A DNA stretch of 64,000 bases, taken from assembly GCA_037137535.1 (NCBI GenBank), contig JBAXKC010000012.1, positions 1 through 64,000 of the forward strand. Reading direction: 5' to 3'. This DNA is from a bacterium. GTDB taxonomy: Bacteria > Cyanobacteriota > Vampirovibrionia > Gastranaerophilales > JBAXKC01. The notes under the pieces are model-generated. The model ran no database searches and was not told the DNA's origin. It was given only the letters and a program-made list of their open reading frames with translations. Below are positions 40,801 through 50,521 of the stretch, in pieces. The number at the start of each line of letters is the position of its first letter. Position 1 is the stretch's first letter. The position numbers and the translations under genes were made by a program.

Positions 40801-41334
40801 TACTGTTAAAAGTTCGTTTTTAGCTTGTTCTATACGTCTGTCAAAATCAGCAACACCTGCTATTTCATCTATAATTTTTCTTCGCTCATTAGGCGACATG
40901 TTAATTATACCTGTTACGTCACCCTGCATCATTACATTGTAGCAACCAGGGGATACATTAAATTTTGACAATGAGTCATGGATTTCTGTAAGAGTAGAAA
41001 CTTTATCATTATAGTAATAAGTGCTTGAATAACCGTTGGGACTTCTTTTTATTCTTCTTGCAACAGTAAGATCGGTGCTTGTATGTTCATCAAAGAAAGA
41101 AATCTTTACGCTTGCTTCGTTCTTTTTGCCGTGATTATTGATTAAATCGGGTAATTTTTCAGCTCGAAGAGTCCTTGAAGAAGAAAGCCCCAAAGCGAAC
41201 AAAATACTATCAATTATATTACTTTTCCCCGATCCATTAGGACCTGATATAGTTGTAAAACCTTGTAAAAAAGGAATTACAGTTTTATCAGAAAAAGATT
41301 TAAAATTATTTACTTCAATTTCACGTATAAACAT
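37837..41334 (-). CDS. smc: Chromosome segregation protein SMC
   Basis: NFKSF, GPNGSGKSN, hinge TFLPL/GAMTGG, MSGGEKS, FDEVD. Confidence 0.97.
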   Translation of the reverse strand: MFIREIEVNNFKSFSDKTVIPFLQGFTTISGPNGSGKSNIIDSILFALGLSSSRTLRAEKLPDLINNHGKKNEASVKISFFDEHTSTDLTVARRIKRSPNGYSSTYYYNDKVSTLTEIHDSLSKFNVSPGCYNVMMQGDVTGIINMSPNERRKIIDEIAGVADFDRRIEQAKNELLTVDERVEKSNIIVGEIDTRLVQLEAEKDQALKYQKFKDEKHELESKLDVIKYFDIKNSMERLHESIIEANKTRKEEKLRLEVLVNDIAEYENKLNEINSLIKSKGEDEQLEIKKQAETLKGVIARKKESINFIERQLSDNKNHANTAKANIEKLKERIEEAVFKIENRQEEISRIEENIAAEKAELRRVLSEVSNINQTADANLERRNELRKQFEACKDRQNEILKRKIAFGEKISRYKRDLDEAQKIIESIESEKENYNQQKDLLKVQIQEISKEMGDYEIIQKNGLYELDKTKNELIDINHNIGMAQRKVYQLEAEKRAHENQTQDRAISTIMNAGLSGVHSPLAQLGTVNKEYSEALEKAIGGRMRNIVVDDDEVASKAIQVLKSTRAGVLTFLPLNKIRPMPRGLKAPNLEGVVDYAVNLIDFDPMYSSAFYYALGETLVVEDMASARKLIGKFRMVTLDGSILEKTGAMTGGDTGRSSGLKFAQSEDEELERFKTRLAELERKSSILEKQKQEIEVKLDRVRNDYSLAMNELNRKKIQYDNFDRNIQEKERTLEVKKLLIEETTPLLEETQMQFDKVCAELIKIDENIEELSQAINHIESTIPKDELAKLNELTESIELEIKKYESRLANCQNEIKALKMEINFNREQISAHEENIERKSKDNETLAKEKSVHQQDIIATEDKLKVLNAKITEIGSKLIELQDERTRINTEFLSLEKRKGALEVKLERLEEQGEAFKTRRKELEPELLRIKEEVIKQGHDITKINVSEISVEQVNRNISRLQRKMEELEPVNMRALTEYDEVQVRRTELQDKINTLSLEKEQIIERMSGYEDMKLKFFKETFTVINSNFKEIFAGLCDGTGNLVLDDYENPFKGGLTIEAQPREKKRQRLESMSGGEKSITALAFVFAIQRYMPAPFYAFDEVDMHLDGINAERLAQMVKKQAAETQFIVVSLRKPMIESADRTVGVTQKNNGVTKVTGVVLHA

Positions 41335-41681
41335 TAAACTTCAGACTCGATATTTATTTAAAAGCACGATTTACCCATAGTAAACATATAAAAAGATTAC
41401 ACTATATGTAGAGCAGCTTTGTCAAGGAGCAAAAGAAAGCATTTTTCCTTGAGCTTATTAAATTTCAATAAAACTAAAGGTTTACAAAGACTAAATAAAT
41501 TTTAATATATCAATTTTTATTTTAAAAAAAATAAGTTATTACTTCTTAAACAAAAGTCTTTTTTAAACACTAAAAACAAAAAATATCAAAATTTTATTTC
41601 ATGATAATTATTTAGACTGCCATAGCCTAAAAATTTGTATTAAAATTATTAAAACAATAAAAATAAAAAAGGATATAAAAA

Positions 41682-42284
41682 GTGATTAATTATTCTGATA
41701 ACATTACATTTAATCCCGGTTTTTCAAAATTTTCACAAGATTTACCATTTGACCTCTTAGAGCACATAGAAAACTTAAAACAAAGAACACCAAAGCATAA
41801 AATAAAATTTGAACTCTCCAGATTAATTCCGCATATAGGTAAAAGCATTGATATAATTGCTTCTGTATATGCAGGATGCATGTTGTGGGGTACATTTTTA
41901 AACTTATATTTTCAAGACAATCCTATAAAAATAACAGGCAATCCTGTCGAAGAACTATCCGAAGACCAAAAAAAAGAACTTGATTATACAGAAGAGCCTA
42001 AATTCTTATTAAACCTAATGCAAAGCGTTGAAAAAGACTCAAAATTCTTCTTAAATAAACACTTTACAGTTCACCCGAAAGTTAAAGAAATTCTTGAAGC
42101 CTATGAAGATTTTGCACAGATAAACAATAATTTCACTGAAACATCGTTTACTAATGATATAAAGTTGGTTTCTTATTTACAAAAATATAAAAGTTTTTCA
42201 AAAGAAGAGCTTGAAACATTGCATGACAAAATAAAAAACGCTATAAATAATAACAATATAGCTGAATTATTGGAGTTAATATGA
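41682..42284 (+). CDS. Hypothetical protein
   Basis: 200-aa ORF overlapping start of HAD gene. Confidence 0.7.
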   Translation: MINYSDNITFNPGFSKFSQDLPFDLLEHIENLKQRTPKHKIKFELSRLIPHIGKSIDIIASVYAGCMLWGTFLNLYFQDNPIKITGNPVEELSEDQKKELDYTEEPKFLLNLMQSVEKDSKFFLNKHFTVHPKVKEILEAYEDFAQINNNFTETSFTNDIKLVSYLQKYKSFSKEELETLHDKIKNAINNNNIAELLELI

Positions 42285-42922
42285 ACATAAAAGGCATTAT
42301 TTTTGATTTTGACGGAACATTAGCAGACACGCTCCCTATCTGTATTCTTTCATTTCAACAAGCCTTATTCAACAAATTAAACAAACAATATACCGAAGCT
42401 AAAATAGTTAGCTACTTTGGACAAACAGAAGAAGGAATCATGCAGGCTCTTGCAAGCGAACAATGGGAAGAATGCTTTGAAGAATACTTAAACGTATACA
42501 AAACAAACCACACCCATTGCCCACATCTTTTTAACGGAGCAAAAGACCTGCTCGATACTATTCAAGGACTTGGCTTTAAACTGGGTATGGTTACGGGCAA
42601 AGGAAGAGGTTCTGCTGAAATATCTTTAAACCACTACGGAATTAAAGAATATTTTGAACATATTGAAACAGGATCAACGACAGGCTCGATAAAACATCTC
42701 TGTATGTCCTCCATAATAGAAAAGTGGGGAATACTTCCAAAAGAAACAATTTATATAGGCGATTCACCTACTGATATTACCGACGCAAAAAAAGCCGGAG
42801 TTATGCCTATATCTGCTTGTTGGGCATCAACAGCAAACAAAGAAGAATTAATAAAATTAGAACCTTATAAACTGTTTGAAAACGTTTTAGCGCTTAAAAA
42901 TTGGATAAAAACATTGATTTAA
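42281..42922 (+). CDS. HAD family hydrolase
   Basis: FDFDGTLAD, VTGK, IGDSPTD. Confidence 0.9.
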   Translation: MNIKGIIFDFDGTLADTLPICILSFQQALFNKLNKQYTEAKIVSYFGQTEEGIMQALASEQWEECFEEYLNVYKTNHTHCPHLFNGAKDLLDTIQGLGFKLGMVTGKGRGSAEISLNHYGIKEYFEHIETGSTTGSIKHLCMSSIIEKWGILPKETIYIGDSPTDITDAKKAGVMPISACWASTANKEELIKLEPYKLFENVLALKNWIKTLI

Positions 42923-42976
42923 GTTAATCTACATATATCATAGTAATTATATAAACTGTAAAAATTAACGATACTG

Positions 42977-44722
42977 GTGGAATATATGGAAAAAACTCAC
43001 GAAACCGCAAAAAAGACTAAACCTGTTTTGACAGGAGCTCAAGTTGTAATAGAATCATTGAAAAAAGAAGGGGTAGAACATATTTTCGGCTACCCTGGTG
43101 CAATTATATTGCCGATTTATGATGAAATTTACCATTGCAAAGAAATAACTCACTACCTCGTAAGACATGAACAGGCAGCGGTACACGCAGCCGAAGGCTA
43201 TGCAAGAGTGACAGGAAAACCGGGCGTAGCTCTTGTAACATCAGGCCCCGGCGCATGTAACACAGTAACGGCTATTGCAAATGCTTATTATGACGCTTAT
43301 CCGCTTGTTGTAATTACAGGACAGGTTGACTCAAATTTAATAGGCAATGACGCTTTTCAAGAAGCTGATGTTGTCGGAATAACAAGGTCATGCTGTAAGC
43401 ATAACTACCTTGTTAAGGATATTAAAAAACTGCCGTCCATCATTAAAGAAGCCTTTCATATTGCAAGTACAGGAAAACCGGGGCCTGTTGTCATTGATAT
43501 TCCAAAAGACGTAATTGATGCAAAAGTTGCATTTGAATATCCTGAACAGTTACATCTTCCAGGATATAAGCCTAAATATTCAGGGCATACTATTCAAAAC
43601 AATAAAGCCTTATCGCTTATTTATAACGCAAAACGACCTGTTATTCTTGCAGGTGGAGGAATAATACACTCTAATGCTCACAATGAATTGTTCAAACTTG
43701 CTCATGAATTAAATATACCGATAACCACTACGCTTATGGGAATAGGAGCATTTCCTTCCGACGATGAGTTATCTCTAGGAATGATTGGGATGTTTGGAAC
43801 TCATTGGTCTAATAAAGCAGTAGCCGAATGTGACGTTTTATTTGCAATAGGCACAAGATTTAGTGACAGAGTAACAGGAGAACTTTCAAAATTTTGTCAA
43901 AAGGCAAAAATTATTCATATAGATATAGACCCTTGCTCTATAAGTAAAAATGTTCCAGTAAATACCCCAATCGTAGGTGATGCAAAGATAATTTTATCTG
44001 ATATGCTGGAACACATTGATAAAGAACAAGTTCAAAAGAATATAAATTATAAAACACTCTGGCTTCAACAAATTAAAGAATGGGAAAATACACCTGTTCC
44101 AACAACTTGCTTACCTGATGGTATTTGTCCGCAAACGGCAATACAGGCAATTCATGACATATCAAAAGAACATGATGCTTTTATAACAACCGAAGTAGGG
44201 CAACATCAAATGTGGACAGCAAGACTTCAAAAATTCAACAAACCAAGAAAATTTCTAACCTCAGGCGGATTAGGAACAATGGGGTTTGGTTTTCCTGCTG
44301 CAATCGGGGCACAAATAGCCGCTCCCGATAAACTGGTTGTTGGTATAGCTGGCGATGGCAGTATTCAGATGAATATTCAAGAGCTTGCAACCTGCGTTGA
44401 GTACAAACTACCCGTAAAAATATGTATTATAAACAATGGATGCTTAGGAATGGTCCGTCAAATACAAGAAAAAATGTTTAATGAAAATTACTCTGAAACA
44501 TTTTTAACCAGTCCTGATTACGTAAAACTTGCCGAGGCTTATGGAGCAATAGGTTATAAAGTTACGGAAGAAAATGAACTTGAATCAACACTCAGAACAG
44601 CTTTTGACTGTGAAGGACCTGCTGTTATTGAAATTATTGTAAATACTTATAAAACTATATATCCATGGGTTACTCCAGAGAAACTAAACTGCAAGTTACT
44701 ACAAAGTAATTACGAAGATTAA
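42977..44722 (+). CDS. ilvB: Acetolactate synthase large subunit
   Basis: FGYPG, RHEQ, TSGPGA, VGQHQMW, SGGLGTMGFG, GDGS..MN.QEL. Confidence 0.95.
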   Translation: MEYMEKTHETAKKTKPVLTGAQVVIESLKKEGVEHIFGYPGAIILPIYDEIYHCKEITHYLVRHEQAAVHAAEGYARVTGKPGVALVTSGPGACNTVTAIANAYYDAYPLVVITGQVDSNLIGNDAFQEADVVGITRSCCKHNYLVKDIKKLPSIIKEAFHIASTGKPGPVVIDIPKDVIDAKVAFEYPEQLHLPGYKPKYSGHTIQNNKALSLIYNAKRPVILAGGGIIHSNAHNELFKLAHELNIPITTTLMGIGAFPSDDELSLGMIGMFGTHWSNKAVAECDVLFAIGTRFSDRVTGELSKFCQKAKIIHIDIDPCSISKNVPVNTPIVGDAKIILSDMLEHIDKEQVQKNINYKTLWLQQIKEWENTPVPTTCLPDGICPQTAIQAIHDISKEHDAFITTEVGQHQMWTARLQKFNKPRKFLTSGGLGTMGFGFPAAIGAQIAAPDKLVVGIAGDGSIQMNIQELATCVEYKLPVKICIINNGCLGMVRQIQEKMFNENYSETFLTSPDYVKLAEAYGAIGYKVTEENELESTLRTAFDCEGPAVIEIIVNTYKTIYPWVTPEKLNCKLLQSNYED

Positions 44723-44738
44723 AACATAAGAGGCTAAA

Positions 44739-45239
44739 ATGAGACATATATTATCAGTATTAGTACAAAACGAAGCAGGTGTTCTTTCAAGAATAGCTGG
44801 ATTATTCAGCGGAAGAGGATTTAACATTGAAAGTTTGACCGTTGCTCCGACAAACGATAATGAATACTCCAGAGTAACCATAGTAACAAGTGGAGACGAT
44901 GCAATAATCGAACAAATATCAAAACAACTTAACAGACTTATTAATACAATTAAAGTTGTTGATATTACGCAGGAAAACTATATAGACAGAGAATTAATCC
45001 TTATAAAAGTTTCGGCAAAAGAAGAAAAAAGGTCTGAAATATTACGTATAGCTGAAATTTTCAACGCAAACATTGTAGATGTCTCACCAAAAACTTACAC
45101 ACTTGAAGTTTCAGGTGATGAAATGAAAGTTCGCTCTGTTATAGAACTCTTAAGACCGCTTGGTATCAAAGAAATGGTACGCTCTGGCAAAATAGCTATT
45201 TCCAGAGAAATGCAATTTAATGATGCTGTTTCAAGGTAG
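44739..45239 (+). CDS. ilvN: Acetolactate synthase small subunit
   Basis: NEAGVLSRIAGLFSGRGFNIESL ACT domain. Confidence 0.95.
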   Translation: MRHILSVLVQNEAGVLSRIAGLFSGRGFNIESLTVAPTNDNEYSRVTIVTSGDDAIIEQISKQLNRLINTIKVVDITQENYIDRELILIKVSAKEEKRSEILRIAEIFNANIVDVSPKTYTLEVSGDEMKVRSVIELLRPLGIKEMVRSGKIAISREMQFNDAVSR

Positions 45240-45319
45240 AGGGTTTTAATATATTTTTTTATGAACTATAATTTAATGAACAGCTTTTACCCCTTTACAG
45301 ACAAAAGCAAGGATTTAAA

Positions 45320-45811
45320 ATGAAACTAAAAGAAGCAGTTGATTTAATATGGGACAACAGAAGGTATGATACTGCCTCTGAAACAGAAGCTATAAGCCAC
45401 TTGAACGAAGAAGTTGCAGAGTGTCTTAAAGCTCTTTTAAGGGGTGATAAAGACAAGGCTCAAGTGGAGCTTGAAGATGCCCTTTCCTGTATGCTGATTG
45501 CTTTAAAAGTGTTAAAAATGGATCCCGAGCAAATAGTCTGGCGACAAATAAACAGAATGAAAACCCAACCTCACAGGGTAATGCATATTTATTCAAACAG
45601 GGTAGAAATAAAAGTTGGAGATGAAATTAAAGGCGGATGGGCTATATGGAGTCTTGACGACCTTAAAGATGCAAAAAAAATGGCAAAAGAATTTAAGTGC
45701 AAGATTTCAATAGAAGAAGAGAATCCTTTTTTAAAAAATGAAACTGTTTTAGAACTTGAAAGCGTCTTGCAGGACGGAGAAGAATCATTAAATGAACGAA
45801 TTAAGGCTTAA
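45320..45811 (+). CDS. MazG-like nucleotide pyrophosphohydrolase domain protein
   Basis: HLNEEVAE...ELED all-alpha NTP-PPase pattern. Confidence 0.55.
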   Translation: MKLKEAVDLIWDNRRYDTASETEAISHLNEEVAECLKALLRGDKDKAQVELEDALSCMLIALKVLKMDPEQIVWRQINRMKTQPHRVMHIYSNRVEIKVGDEIKGGWAIWSLDDLKDAKKMAKEFKCKISIEEENPFLKNETVLELESVLQDGEESLNERIKA

Positions 45812-46541
45812 CAAATATATCTCTCTTTGTGGAGTTGCTTCAAGACGAGGAGCTGACGAACTCATAAAAGAAGGTAAAGTGAAAATAAACGGTAAAGTTG
45901 TAACTGAACCTGGTGTCAGCGTTACAAAAAAAGACGTTGTTACTGTTGAAGGCAAACAAATTAAAGAACAACATAAAAAATATGTTCTTTTTTACAAACC
46001 CGCAGGCTACATAACGACAGTAAAAGATCCTGAAGGTAGAAAAACGATCTATGACTTACTTCCTGAAGAATTTCAATCATTAAAAACAGCAGGGAGGCTT
46101 GATAAAGACTCAACAGGTCTAATTCTGCTTACAAACGATGGTGATTTAATTCAACAGTTCACACATCCAAAAGTACATATTCCAAAGATATATAGAGTTG
46201 CAGTGCAGGGAAAAATAAACGATAACCATATAATGCAACTACAAAAAGGGCTAGAAATTGAACCTGGTAAAATTGCGCAAGCTTTTGTCGTTCCTCTTGA
46301 ATATAGAAGTGGGGAATCTGCTCTTCAAGTTACTCTTTTCCAAGGATATAACAGACAAATCAGAAGAATGATGGATATGATAGACATGCCTGTAGTTTCA
46401 TTAAAAAGAACAGCTCATGGCTGTCTTCAATTAGGGAATTTAAAAAGAGGCGAACATAAAATTTTACAAAAAAAAGAAGTCGATGAAATTTTTAAATACC
46501 TAAAAGGCAAAGAAAGAAACGCAAAAAAGTTTTCTAAATAA
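45792..46541 (+). CDS. rRNA pseudouridine synthase (RsuA/RluB family)
   Basis: S4 domain RLNKYIS..SRR, GRLD, TNDG, NRQIRRM. Confidence 0.93.
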   Translation: MNELRLNKYISLCGVASRRGADELIKEGKVKINGKVVTEPGVSVTKKDVVTVEGKQIKEQHKKYVLFYKPAGYITTVKDPEGRKTIYDLLPEEFQSLKTAGRLDKDSTGLILLTNDGDLIQQFTHPKVHIPKIYRVAVQGKINDNHIMQLQKGLEIEPGKIAQAFVVPLEYRSGESALQVTLFQGYNRQIRRMMDMIDMPVVSLKRTAHGCLQLGNLKRGEHKILQKKEVDEIFKYLKGKERNAKKFSK

Positions 46542-46545
46542 TTAT

Positions 46546-48139
46546 TATCTTTTCTTCAAAAAAAAATCCCTCACCGAAAAAGTGAGGGAATAAGTTTAAG
46601 GAATTTATATTAAGCGTAGAGTAAGTAACTTTCTTTCATTTTTTTCATTGCGTCTTTTTCTTCTTCAACATTGTTTTTGAAGTTTTTAAGAACGTTTTCG
46701 ATGAATGATTTAACTGTTGGTGCGCCTTGTGCTTCAGCTGTTTTTGCTGCTGCTTCTGTTGCGTTTATGTTCATTCCGAATACATTACCATAGGTTTTGT
46801 TTAAAAATTCATTTGTATCTAAAGTTTGTTGACCTTCAACATTTTTACCTTTGTAATCTACGTTGAATGTTCCAGCTAAGATGTTGTTGTTTACATCAAG
46901 TTCGTTTTTCTTGCTGAATGAATTAAGATCGATTGATTTAATTCCAAGATCAGCTGCTGATGCTATTTTTGATTGACCATCTTTTGTTGCAAGTGTTTGA
47001 AGTGAATTTAATTCTTTACCATTAAGTAATCCATCTTTGTTTGTATCGAATTGAAGAAGTTCATCCCAACCTTTTTGAGCGCCTACGAATTCTTCTTTTC
47101 CGTTGAATTTGCCATCTTTATTTTTATCGTTGATGAAATCGAATTTCCAACCATCTGCTTTGAAACCGATAGGGTCTGTTCTTTCTATTTGTGTATCTGG
47201 TGCTTTTTTCTGTAATTCTACGCAAAGATCAGCGAATACTTGAGTTGATTCTGTATCGTGGCCGTTTGGAACTTTTACATTTCCATTGTTATCTACTTTA
47301 ATTGCGTTTGAGAAATTTGCACCGATATATTTTTTGAATTGATCTTCTGTCATATTTTTTGCTTGTGGGCTTGCTAAGAACTGTTGAAGTTCTGCTACTT
47401 CAGGGTTTGCTGATGTATTAACATCACCTGTGAATGCTGCTTTTTCTGCTTTTTTAATTTGTGCTTCTAAGCCTGTAATGTCTGTACCTAATGTTGCTGC
47501 TTCTTGGGAAAGGTTTTGAATTGTTAAACCAAGTGCATTTGCTGTTTGAACTTTTGAATCTAAGATTGATGTATCTATTCCGATTCCTGCTAATTCTGCT
47601 TTTAATGCATCATTGAATTTAATTGAAGGATCATTTTGGGATTTTGTTGTTACTTTTTTTACTGCTTCTTGTACTTGATTTTCTTGTCTTGCTGTTAATG
47701 CTTTTGATAAATCATCGGTTTCGCTGATAAGTTTTGTAAGTTCATCTTGTTTTGCTTGCATTTCGTTTTCTACTACTTCTTTTTGTGCTTTTTTTGCTGC
47801 AACTTGCTCTTTAAGTCCATCTACTGTTGCGTTGCCTGTTTTTTTATTAAAGGTTACATCATCTGCATTTGCTGTTATATTTGTATTGTTAAATAATAAT
47901 TCTAATCCGTTGTTGTTGTTTACTGTTCCATTGTTTTGTAAATTTAAGGAGAAGTTGTTGATTTTATTGAATAAGTCTTGGTTTTGAATTCCGTATAACA
48001 TCTTTTTATCTCCTTATCTTTAGATTATCAACTGCTTATGTATATATAAAAACATTCCATTATATAAAATTGCGCGACTTGTTATATAATTAGTATATAC
48101 TGTTACATTTCTTAATGTGTTCGCCTGACCACACAAAAA
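46546..48139 (-). repeat. 1.6-kb direct repeat copy A (upstream region, CDS, terminator)
   Basis: Near-identical to 59142-60749 by direct reading. Confidence 0.95.
46610..48001 (-). CDS. Coiled-coil protein with DxNxDG Ca-binding-like loops, copy A
   Basis: DKNKDG, DTNKDG, DPIGF, DLGIKSIDL; AAGGAG RBS; own terminator at 46558-46589. Confidence 0.85.
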   Translation of the reverse strand: MLYGIQNQDLFNKINNFSLNLQNNGTVNNNNGLELLFNNTNITANADDVTFNKKTGNATVDGLKEQVAAKKAQKEVVENEMQAKQDELTKLISETDDLSKALTARQENQVQEAVKKVTTKSQNDPSIKFNDALKAELAGIGIDTSILDSKVQTANALGLTIQNLSQEAATLGTDITGLEAQIKKAEKAAFTGDVNTSANPEVAELQQFLASPQAKNMTEDQFKKYIGANFSNAIKVDNNGNVKVPNGHDTESTQVFADLCVELQKKAPDTQIERTDPIGFKADGWKFDFINDKNKDGKFNGKEEFVGAQKGWDELLQFDTNKDGLLNGKELNSLQTLATKDGQSKIASAADLGIKSIDLNSFSKKNELDVNNNILAGTFNVDYKGKNVEGQQTLDTNEFLNKTYGNVFGMNINATEAAAKTAEAQGAPTVKSFIENVLKNFKNNVEEEKDAMKKMKESYLLYA

Positions 48140-48188
48140 AAAAGCAAAGCTTACAGCTATTGCTTCTTTTTGATATTTTACTTTCTAT

Positions 48189-50519
48189 TTAAAATATATC
48201 TGTAATTGGATCTCTATTAATCATACTTATGGCTTTAGAAGCTGTATCTGCAACATTCTTGGAAACTCCAGGTATAACTGTAAGTTGTCTTAAAAGATCA
48301 ACACTTCTTTTGAAAGCCCTTACAATATCACCTTCATCAAGATCAACACCTTTTAACATTTCGTCCCAATCTCCGCCTTCTACCCAAAATTCTAAAAAGG
48401 CCGAGTAAGCAGGATTTAAGTTAATTATAGTGTTTACGTCATATTTTTTCTGCATTTTTGAAAGTAACTTCATTATATTTTTTGCCTCAAAGACAGATTC
48501 TCTTACCTTATCGCTTGGTTGAAGTTTATACCAGAATTGATTTCTGCTTTCTTCTGTAGAAATAGCACTAACAAAACCTGCAAGCTCTGATGGACTCATA
48601 TATTCAAGCATTCCGCTCATTATTATTTCAGTAAAGAAAAGTTCATTTTCGGTTCTTGATGCAGCAGCGGTAAGCCCAAGCGAAGTAGGAAAATTATCAT
48701 TAAGATAACCCATTTCATTCATTACACCAACAAGATTTAAAAATTGTCTCCAATAAATATCTTTTTCAAAATCTATAGATACTTTTAACTTTTCATAACG
48801 CTTGTTAAATCTTTCAAGAATATCTAAACTTTTTATATGTTTAGCGTAAAACTTACATTTTGAACATTTTATACGTTCAGACTTTGCTAAAAAATCTTTA
48901 GCTTTACCTTCATATTCTCTTACTTCTGATGTATTCTTTTTCCCTGCGGCTTTTGCCTGTCTTCGCAAGGTATTAGCTATTTTTTTGTATTGGATATAAG
49001 TATTTTTAAGTTTGTTGTATCTTTGAACATCCTCATGTTTAAGAGAGTGAGGACAAACAAGACTATTTATATCTTTTATTTTATCTAAAATTATCTCTTG
49101 TTCATTATAAAGAGGTTTTAGTCTTTCTGTTGATGAGTAATACCCGAAACTTTTAAGTATCAACTCTCTTGTCTGATCTATATTAAATCTTTGAAGTAAA
49201 TTTAAAACCATAGAATAGCTTGGTGTAAATCTACTTTCAAGCGGTTCAGCCGCTGACCTTGCAAGATTTGCCACTTCTTCTGGATGTTGAAAAGCTGAGC
49301 CAACAACTGTTACATAACCAACATCATCCATTCCTCTTCTACCTGCTCTTCCGGACATTTGCAAAAATTCGCTTGCAGTAAGTACTCTATGTCCATCATC
49401 CGTTCTTTTTGTTATAGAACTTATAATAGTGCTTCTTGCAGGCATATTAATACCTGCTGCAAGTGTTTCAGTTGCAAAAACAACTTTTATTAGGCCCTGT
49501 TGAAATAACCTTTCGATAAGACTTTTCCATACAGGCAAAAGTCCTGCATGATGGCTTGCAATACCTGCATAAAGATATTCAAGGTTTTTATGCTTGCTTA
49601 AATAAGGATTATCCAGAATATATTCATCAATAATATGATTTAGTCTTTTTTGTTCAAAATCTGAAAGTAATTTTAACTTTGAACAATCTTTTGCATTTAA
49701 ATCACAACGTTTTCTACTAAAAGTAAAATAAATAGCAGGAAGCATTTCTTTTTCATGTAAAATTCTTACAAGATTTGGAACTGTTTCATCTTTTGTTTTA
49801 ACTTTTTTAATAATGTTTTTCTTAAGTTGAGGATTTTCAGGTTTGATTTTTGAATTTATATTACCATCAGGTGTCAAAAGTCCATAAAGTTTATCAGGTA
49901 TTGATGGTGAATAATAATGAAATCTTAAAGGAACAGGTCTAAAATCACTGTTTACAAGGTAGGTTTGACCATGAACGGTATTTATCCAGTCTGTAAGCTC
50001 AGCGGCATTTGCGACTGTTGCAGAAAGAGCTATTATCTGAAAATGATTAGGGCAATAAATTATACTCTCTTCCCAGACCGTTCCCCTTTGTTCATCATTC
50101 ATATAATGAACTTCATCAAGAATAACACTTTGAACGTTATTAAGGTTTTCTTCTATACTGCCTATTTTTGTTCCATAAAGCATATTTCTGAAAACCTCTG
50201 TTGTCATTACAACAACATCAGCATCTCTGTTTATAGAAGTATCGCCAGTTAAAAGACCTGTGCGCTCTTCTCCGAATTCTTGTTTAAAATCATTAAATTT
50301 TTGGTTACTAAGAGCTTTTAATGGTGTTGTATAAAAGGCTCTGCGTCCTTCACTTAAGGCTTTTCTAATTGCAGCCTGAGCTATAACCGTTTTTCCTGCA
50401 CCCGTAGGAGCACAAACAACTACGCTGTTTCCGTTTTTAATATGGTCAATTGCATCAACCTGAAATTCATCAAGTTTAAAACCAAAATCATAAATTTCTT
50501 TTTTATTTTCTTCACTCAT
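48189..50519 (-). CDS. Ski2-like DEVH-box helicase (HelY-like)
   Basis: APTGAGKT, PLKALSNQK, DEVH, SAT, TETLAAGINMPA, QMSGRAGRRG. Confidence 0.92.
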   Translation of the reverse strand: MSEENKKEIYDFGFKLDEFQVDAIDHIKNGNSVVVCAPTGAGKTVIAQAAIRKALSEGRRAFYTTPLKALSNQKFNDFKQEFGEERTGLLTGDTSINRDADVVVMTTEVFRNMLYGTKIGSIEENLNNVQSVILDEVHYMNDEQRGTVWEESIIYCPNHFQIIALSATVANAAELTDWINTVHGQTYLVNSDFRPVPLRFHYYSPSIPDKLYGLLTPDGNINSKIKPENPQLKKNIIKKVKTKDETVPNLVRILHEKEMLPAIYFTFSRKRCDLNAKDCSKLKLLSDFEQKRLNHIIDEYILDNPYLSKHKNLEYLYAGIASHHAGLLPVWKSLIERLFQQGLIKVVFATETLAAGINMPARSTIISSITKRTDDGHRVLTASEFLQMSGRAGRRGMDDVGYVTVVGSAFQHPEEVANLARSAAEPLESRFTPSYSMVLNLLQRFNIDQTRELILKSFGYYSSTERLKPLYNEQEIILDKIKDINSLVCPHSLKHEDVQRYNKLKNTYIQYKKIANTLRRQAKAAGKKNTSEVREYEGKAKDFLAKSERIKCSKCKFYAKHIKSLDILERFNKRYEKLKVSIDFEKDIYWRQFLNLVGVMNEMGYLNDNFPTSLGLTAAASRTENELFFTEIIMSGMLEYMSPSELAGFVSAISTEESRNQFWYKLQPSDKVRESVFEAKNIMKLLSKMQKKYDVNTIINLNPAYSAFLEFWVEGGDWDEMLKGVDLDEGDIVRAFKRSVDLLRQLTVIPGVSKNVADTASKAISMINRDPITDIF

Positions 50520-50521
50520 AT

